The translations under genes were made by a program, and so were the position numbers. From positions 64,001 through 128,000 of the forward strand of contig JBDLRP010000034.1 of NCBI GenBank assembly GCA_039799905.1: 64,000 nucleotides of DNA, given 5' to 3'. Position 1 is the stretch's first letter; every line of letters begins with the position of its first letter. Positions 58,496-64,000 of this stretch are shown here, piece after piece. This DNA is from Pseudomonadota bacterium. Its GTDB lineage: Bacteria; Bdellovibrionota_B; Oligoflexia; Silvanigrellales; Silvanigrellaceae. Under the pieces are notes generated by a model. The model had not been told where the DNA came from and made no database searches. It saw only the letters and a program-made list of their open reading frames with translations.

Positions 58496-59179
58496 GTGGG
58501 ACTTCTTGACGCATGGCGTGGATATCGTGCCAACCAAAAAAGCAGGTCGTTGGAAAAGCTCGGCGACACGCTGAAAAATCAGGTGACGACCAAAGAACAG
58601 CGTTGGGAGGCTATCGAGGCACTTGCCGATGCTGGCGATTTTGCCCTTGCCGCTCCGCAGCTGATGAAACGCTTCGAATTGGTGGTTGACCACGGAATTG
58701 TCGATAAACGTGAAAAAGATCGTGTGACTGAAATTCTCCTCGAGAACAAGGATGTCGCCTGTCCGCTGGTTTGTGAGGCGGTTCGCACGCAGAAGCGCAT
58801 TTCCTGGCCTGTAAAGCTGGCGGAAAAGATGCTCAGTCCGGAAGACTATCTTCAGCTTCTTCTCGAGAGCCTCAACACGGATCACGTTCTCTTTGATGAA
58901 GTGGTTCACGAGCGCAATATTGAAATTTTGCTTGCCCTGAAAGAAATATCCGATGCCCGCATCGTCGGCAAAACCAGTCAGCTGGTGCGCAGTCGCGATG
59001 AACAGGTGCGCATGGCCGCATTGGAGTGTCTGGAGTCTCAGGCACGCGATCATGGCGAGGCCCGCGATTGTCTTCTGAGTCTCTTGGCAGAGCCTCCAAC
59101 CGATGATAACTCACGGTTCATCGGTCTGGTAAAGGCAATTGTCGCCCGTCATAAATGGGAGACATCCGGTCCGAAATAA
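58496..59179 (+). CDS. HEAT-repeat-like helical protein
   Basis: RWEAIEALA and VRMAALECL repeats; AGGA SD. Confidence 0.7.
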   Translation: MGLLDAWRGYRANQKSRSLEKLGDTLKNQVTTKEQRWEAIEALADAGDFALAAPQLMKRFELVVDHGIVDKREKDRVTEILLENKDVACPLVCEAVRTQKRISWPVKLAEKMLSPEDYLQLLLESLNTDHVLFDEVVHERNIEILLALKEISDARIVGKTSQLVRSRDEQVRMAALECLESQARDHGEARDCLLSLLAEPPTDDNSRFIGLVKAIVARHKWETSGPK

Positions 59180-59193
59180 GGACTCCATCGGCA

Positions 59194-59604
59194 ATGCAAC
59201 GAGCCCACAAAAGTTCATTTCTACGCGGGCTGGGACACTTGGCCCTCGTGGTAGACGACCTCGAAAAAGCGCGCTGGTTTTTTTCTGACGTTTTGGGAGC
59301 AGATGTTGAACCTTGGCGTGGAACGCAACTGTTGATTCACGTCGGCCCGGATCTGCTGGTGGCAAAACTTTCTTCGGATGCCATCGATCAGCGCCGCCAG
59401 CAGGGTGACTTCGGTCGTCAAGTTCTCGATCATTATGGTTTCATGGCAGACAGCCCTTCGCAGGTCGATGTTCTTGCCGAACGGGTGCGCTCTGCGGGTC
59501 TCGAAATCATCAAAGGGCCCTACGACCGCTCGGATGGCCGGAGTATTTACTTCCGCGATCCATTTGGAAATCTGGTCGAGTACTTGTTTTACAAACCATC
59601 ATAA
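59194..59604 (+). CDS. VOC/glyoxalase family protein
   Basis: GHLALVV.DLE.A..F...LG, DHYGF, YFRDPFGNLVE. Confidence 0.9.
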   Translation: MQRAHKSSFLRGLGHLALVVDDLEKARWFFSDVLGADVEPWRGTQLLIHVGPDLLVAKLSSDAIDQRRQQGDFGRQVLDHYGFMADSPSQVDVLAERVRSAGLEIIKGPYDRSDGRSIYFRDPFGNLVEYLFYKPS

Positions 59605-59660
59605 AAATCCTCCGTTAGTTGTAAAAATGTTCGAAAAAACATCCTAAAAGTGAGCGATCA

Positions 59661-60890
59661 ATGTCAGAGCAGTTTCAACAAATTCTTCTCCTCGTCGGCG
59701 TTATTGCGGTTGTTGGAGTGGCGGCCTTTCTGATTGGCAGACGCAGCGCACGACGTCATTCGGCTCAGCTGCCCCCTTCAGCAGAACCGAGCACTCGGGA
59801 ATCTGCAACTGTTTTGCCTGTGGAGCATGATGAAAAATCTGTTTCAGGCGCGGCGCGCGAGGACGTGGCACCCGTGGTTCATGCTGCCCCGCCTGCCGCA
59901 CCTGCGGTCAGTTGGTTGAGCAGGCTCTCGTCGGGACTCAGCAAAACGCAAAATCAACTCGTCCGGCAGCTGGATGCTCTGTTCACCTCGCAAAGTGAAA
60001 AGGCCTCGCGTGAGGCCATTCTTGATGGAATGCTGGAAGTGCTTGTGCGCGCCGACGTAGGTATCCGTACGGCGGAACTATTGATTGAGAAGGTTAGGCA
60101 TGAGCTGGCGTCATCCGACCTTTCGGATGCGCAGGCCGTCAAAGACGTTCTGCGCAGAGAGATGCTTCGGCTGCTGCGCATCGGTGACGAGTGGAGCCTG
60201 CTCAGCACGGAGCGCCGTCCAACTGTCGTTCTGATGGTTGGAGTCAACGGTGTTGGCAAGACAACCACCAGCGGTAAACTTGCCTTTAAAGAGCGGCAGC
60301 TTGGCAAGAGTGTGATCGTCGGTGCCGCCGACACATTCCGCGCCGCGGCTGTCGATCAACTCGAGGAATGGGCACGTCGGGCAGGCGCCGAGTGTGTGCG
60401 GCTTTCCGAAGGAGCGGATCCGGCGTCGGTGGCATTTGAGTGCGTGAAAAGGGCGGTTGCCCAGCAGATGGATCTGTGTCTGATAGACACCGCAGGGCGT
60501 CTCCACAACCGGCAGGACCTGATGCAGGAACTCGCCAAAATCAAGCGTGTGACCAGCCGCGATGTGGCTGGAGCGCCGCATGAGGTGCTGCTCGTCCTCG
60601 ATGCGACGACCGGCCAAAACGCTTTGCAACAGGCTAAAGCATTCCGTGAAATTGCCGGAGTTACAGGTCTGGTACTGACGAAGCTCGATGGAACTGCCAA
60701 GGGAGGAGTGGCTGTGGCCCTCGCTCACGAAATGCAGATACCCATTCGTTATATCGGTGTGGGCGAGAGTGTTGACGACCTGCAGCCGTTTTCGGCTGAC
60801 GAATTTGTCGATGCGCTGTTTGCGCCTCACAGCTCCCAGATGGCCGAAAGTACATCGCGGTCGGCTGCGACAGGAAGTGCGACGTTCTGA
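59661..60890 (+). CDS. ftsY: Signal recognition particle receptor FtsY with N-terminal TM anchor
   Basis: GVNGVGKTT, DTFRAAA, DTAGR, TKLDGTAKGG. Confidence 0.97.
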   Translation: MSEQFQQILLLVGVIAVVGVAAFLIGRRSARRHSAQLPPSAEPSTRESATVLPVEHDEKSVSGAAREDVAPVVHAAPPAAPAVSWLSRLSSGLSKTQNQLVRQLDALFTSQSEKASREAILDGMLEVLVRADVGIRTAELLIEKVRHELASSDLSDAQAVKDVLRREMLRLLRIGDEWSLLSTERRPTVVLMVGVNGVGKTTTSGKLAFKERQLGKSVIVGAADTFRAAAVDQLEEWARRAGAECVRLSEGADPASVAFECVKRAVAQQMDLCLIDTAGRLHNRQDLMQELAKIKRVTSRDVAGAPHEVLLVLDATTGQNALQQAKAFREIAGVTGLVLTKLDGTAKGGVAVALAHEMQIPIRYIGVGESVDDLQPFSADEFVDALFAPHSSQMAESTSRSAATGSATF

Positions 60891-61933
60891 AGCCAGTCTG
60901 AACGGCTCTGGCTCCACCCGCTCTCGTTCACCAAAAACTCAAATGCCCGCAGCAGTGTGAGTACTCTGCGCACTCCCATATGTGTGCCGCGCAGGCCTTC
61001 TTTGCCGCTGAGATCACAGTATTCGGAGATATGCACGGGCACTGGTTGAGTGCACTCGTGCTGAATAAGAAGACTGATTTCTCCGTCTGCCTGATCTGCT
61101 GCAATGCCGTTCGTCCATTCACGGAAGCCATTATGCATACGGATGCGCATCCGCTCTGGGCTTGCCGTTTTTTTGTAGAGAACAATGCTGCACGGAACTA
61201 AAACATCGGATTCGAGCAGCGGCAGGAGTCGCCACGCAATCTCAGGAGTTTTTTCAAGCTCCAGACCTGCTTGCGAAACGGGGCGCCACTGTACGGCCGA
61301 GCGTTGGCCGCAGAGAAGCCGATACCAAAGAAGGTCGACAGTTGAGACGTAGGACAGCGTGCGCCACCAGGCGATCTCTTGATTCGCAGGTGAGTCGTCG
61401 GACAGCGCCGCAGGCCGGAGTGCCTCGCCTTCGCTGTCGAGGATTTCGCACATCGCAGCTGCGGGCGGTAACCCGGCAAGCTGGCAGAGTTCCATAACCG
61501 CTTCGGTGTGTCCGGTTCGGGCCAGCAGTCCACCATCCTGCGCACGCACGGGAAAGACGTGACCGGGGCTGATGAAATCGTGGTGTGTCGTGGTGGCCTC
61601 GGCCAACAATTGAATCGTGTGGGCACGGTCACCCGCGGAAATTCCGCTGGTGATGTTGTTGCGGGCGTCAATCGACAGCGTGAATCCCGTATGCGCCATT
61701 CCACCCGGCCATTTTGGGGCTGAGGCAATTCCCAACCGGTCGGCAAGTTCGTGAGCGACTGAGACACACAGCAGACCGCAGGCCTTGCGGATGGCCAAAT
61801 TAACCAGTTCAGGTGTTGCATATGAAGCATGAAACACGAGGTCCGCTTCGTTTTCGCGCCTGCCGTCGTCGCCGACGAGGATTGCCTGCCCCTGAGAAAA
61901 GGCCTGAACTGCTCGGTTAACCCTATTTCTCAT
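60827..61933 (-). CDS. ribB: 3,4-dihydroxy-2-butanone-4-phosphate synthase with C-terminal extension
   Basis: DD.RRENEAD, FTLSIDA, GISAGDR, PGHVFP, RTGHTEA, CEI. Start may be 61975. Confidence 0.9.
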   Translation of the reverse strand: MRNRVNRAVQAFSQGQAILVGDDGRRENEADLVFHASYATPELVNLAIRKACGLLCVSVAHELADRLGIASAPKWPGGMAHTGFTLSIDARNNITSGISAGDRAHTIQLLAEATTTHHDFISPGHVFPVRAQDGGLLARTGHTEAVMELCQLAGLPPAAAMCEILDSEGEALRPAALSDDSPANQEIAWWRTLSYVSTVDLLWYRLLCGQRSAVQWRPVSQAGLELEKTPEIAWRLLPLLESDVLVPCSIVLYKKTASPERMRIRMHNGFREWTNGIAADQADGEISLLIQHECTQPVPVHISEYCDLSGKEGLRGTHMGVRRVLTLLRAFEFLVNESGWSQSRSDWLQNVALPVAADRDVLSAIWEL

Positions 61934-62134
61934 GGCTCCCAGCTCGCGGGAGTGGCTGTTGGCTGTAGCCCTCATGTCTGCCCTCATCTTTCTCTTTTGT
62001 CCCGAAATGACACGGACTTTTTAAATGGTCAACAGCAAGGCCTTAAGCCCGCACGAAGAACCTCCGAGACACCCTGTCGTGCTTGCGGCAGGTGCCGCAA
62101 AGCCCTGAAACGCTGACTCCGGATTGGGAATATT

Positions 62135-64000
62135 ATGGAACGTCAAAAAACGAAATGGCGTTTTCAGAATATCGCACTGCTCGGCATAACGGCAGGTGTG
62201 TGCGGTGCTTGGCCGGAGCTTTTGCGGGCCGAGTTGGTGGATCGTCCGGTTGAGCCGGAGGATACGCCCGCTCTCAGCCTGTCAGCACGTTCTGCGTCTG
62301 GTCTCTCCGGCGGACCGACTCCACCGGGCCTGAAGGGCTCATTCGATGACTTCAAGATGCCCAGCGAAGAACGGTTCTGGGAATTGCATGGAGTGAAGTT
62401 GACCCCCGAGCTGCAGCGAGGTGTCCAGCGGCTCTCTGAACACCTGATTGGTACCTCACGAGAAAAGACGGCTGCGTACAAATATTGTGAACAACGCAAG
62501 GAAACTGCCGCCAAACAGCCGCGCCTGATCATGACGGCCGATGGTATCGGCTGCCTTTATTACCGTTGGCAGGCTCTCTTGCGGGATCAGCGGAAGGCGG
62601 ATGCACAGCAGCTGGGGCAATCCCGACCCGCGGCGGTTCAAAAGACAAAAAAACCGAAGGGCAAAGGCAAGAAGGCAGTGTCGCATGTGGTTGCATTGAA
62701 TTCCGCCCGCGATTTTCTGGCATTTGCAAATGTTCCCTACGACTCCATCTTGAAAAAGATAGAGTTCAAGAGCGAAGAGGCCGCGCTGCGCGCAGCGCGG
62801 TTGGCACAGGAATCTCCCAAAGACTGCCGTCTCGTCGCCGCGCGTGCTGCGGTGCTGCGGGATATGGAAAACTTTCTTCCCAGCGAAGCGATCTGGCAGT
62901 CGATGAATGCACTCTATGCAGTGACTTCGCCGTGTCTTCCACCGACGCACGAAGCCTTTGAAGTAGTCAATGGCCGTCTTGCGCTGCTGCATCTCGACCG
63001 CAACCTGATCGACAGGGCTGCATCGTTGCTCGAGGTAACCTTGCAGGGGCGTCAGCTCAAAGATGAAAATTCGTACCTATTCTGGCGTGGATACATTGAT
63101 TCCCTGCAGGTTCGCTCATTGCCGGCGCCTGCGGGAGCCCCAACTGCGATTGTTTCCGAGATCAAACCTCACAATACGTATTGGGATCGCCTCATCGAGC
63201 GTTATCCGCTGTCACTTCACGCACTGGTCGCGGATCATATGCTTGGCAACGATCCCTACGAGCGATACATCCACCGCCCGCAACCAACCGTGAGCGCCTA
63301 CGAGGGGCAGGATTGGAATCTTGAGAATGTTTCACATTTGATGGCCGGTATTTATCTTGTTAAAAATAAAAAGATCGAACTCGAGAGAATTTCCCGCCTG
63401 CTCGACGAAGATGTCGGAGTGTTGTCATTTGAGACTGCCATGTTTCGCTTGAAAGTTTTTCAGGCCGCAGGTCAGTCGCGATCGGTAATTAAGGTGATTT
63501 GGCAGAGTGTGAAGACTTTTGGTTCGCAGAATCTCTGCGGCAATATTCTCGCGCTGCTTTATCCGGTCAAGTTTAGAAGTGAAATCGCCCAGCAGGCTTC
63601 TTACATTGATCCTGCACTTATATTTTCGCTCATCAGGCAAGAAAGCTCGTTCAATCCGAAGGCGACGAGTCCGGTCGGGGCACGCGGGCTCATGCAGGTG
63701 ATGCCCAACACAGCACGCAGGGTTGAGCGCAATCGCAACATGGATCTCTACGATCCCGACACCAACATCCGCATCGGCGCGAAGTATTTATCTATCTTGC
63801 GAAAGCAGCACAATGGCGATTATTCCCGTCTGATTGCCTCCTACAACGCCGGTCCGAACAACACCAAAAAGTGGGAAACGCGCTACCGAGGTAAAGTTCC
63901 CCTGCTGTTCGCCGACCTCATACCCTTCCCAGAGACGCGACACTACGTCACCGGTCTCATGAGGCACATGTATTGGTACCGGGAATTGGTCTCGCATCTG
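62135..64000 (+). CDS. Soluble lytic transglycosylase (Slt-like), 3'-truncated by window
   Basis: Absent from the ORF track because it has no stop. ATG 62135 is in frame with IRQESSFNP, GARGLMQVMP, SYNAG and ETRHYV. Confidence 0.9.
   Translation, partial: MERQKTKWRFQNIALLGITAGVCGAWPELLRAELVDRPVEPEDTPALSLSARSASGLSGGPTPPGLKGSFDDFKMPSEERFWELHGVKLTPELQRGVQRLSEHLIGTSREKTAAYKYCEQRKETAAKQPRLIMTADGIGCLYYRWQALLRDQRKADAQQLGQSRPAAVQKTKKPKGKGKKAVSHVVALNSARDFLAFANVPYDSILKKIEFKSEEAALRAARLAQESPKDCRLVAARAAVLRDMENFLPSEAIWQSMNALYAVTSPCLPPTHEAFEVVNGRLALLHLDRNLIDRAASLLEVTLQGRQLKDENSYLFWRGYIDSLQVRSLPAPAGAPTAIVSEIKPHNTYWDRLIERYPLSLHALVADHMLGNDPYERYIHRPQPTVSAYEGQDWNLENVSHLMAGIYLVKNKKIELERISRLLDEDVGVLSFETAMFRLKVFQAAGQSRSVIKVIWQSVKTFGSQNLCGNILALLYPVKFRSEIAQQASYIDPALIFSLIRQESSFNPKATSPVGARGLMQVMPNTARRVERNRNMDLYDPDTNIRIGAKYLSILRKQHNGDYSRLIASYNAGPNNTKKWETRYRGKVPLLFADLIPFPETRHYVTGLMRHMYWYRELVSHL

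Noticed and set aside
224..61830. Long antisense or alternate-frame ORFs (e.g. 224-934, 6249-6998, 31055-31891, 44300-45187, 60111-60917)
   Set aside because: Shadows of well-supported genes, with no motifs or SDs; expected at this GC content.
61988..62134. FMN riboswitch upstream of ribB
   Set aside because: Only TTCAGGGC and two small hairpins; the conserved FMN core motifs are absent.
62164..63997. Small ORFs listed in the track at the window end
   Set aside because: Explained by one open + strand Slt frame from 62135 that runs off the window.

Overview
A 64 kb, gene-dense bacterial chromosome segment of moderate GC with about 56 CDS. I see no rRNA, tRNA, CRISPR array, prophage or transposase. 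The many orphan lipoproteins plus DUF1573, HEAT, FapA-like and 7TM-DISM proteins suggest a Bdellovibrionota/Oligoflexia-like or related diderm; this taxonomy is inference only. Housekeeping blocks are nrdB (5'-truncated), aat, potABCD, efp-accB-accC, acpS-hemH/clpP/hemY, ybbAP/tesA, lnt, ftsY, ribB and a 3'-truncated Slt transglycosylase missing from the ORF track. The most notable accessory content is: (i) a lone DTE-type xanthorhodopsin-like proton pump, with the carotenoid-window Gly, preceded by a ~430 nt stem-dense intergenic region (candidate structured RNA); (ii) a bacterial single-domain APCDD1-like protein clustered with an OM channel, a lipoprotein hydrolase and a DUF1400 protein (possible lipid-scavenging locus); (iii) a sigma54-type promoter with palindromic upstream sites driving a deacetylase with a duplicated Cys-rich domain and an M23 peptidase; (iv) a five-gene Lol-like trans-envelope ABC system with a 24-nt VNTR; (v) a solo type II SQR. 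All family calls come from motif recognition by eye, not database searches.
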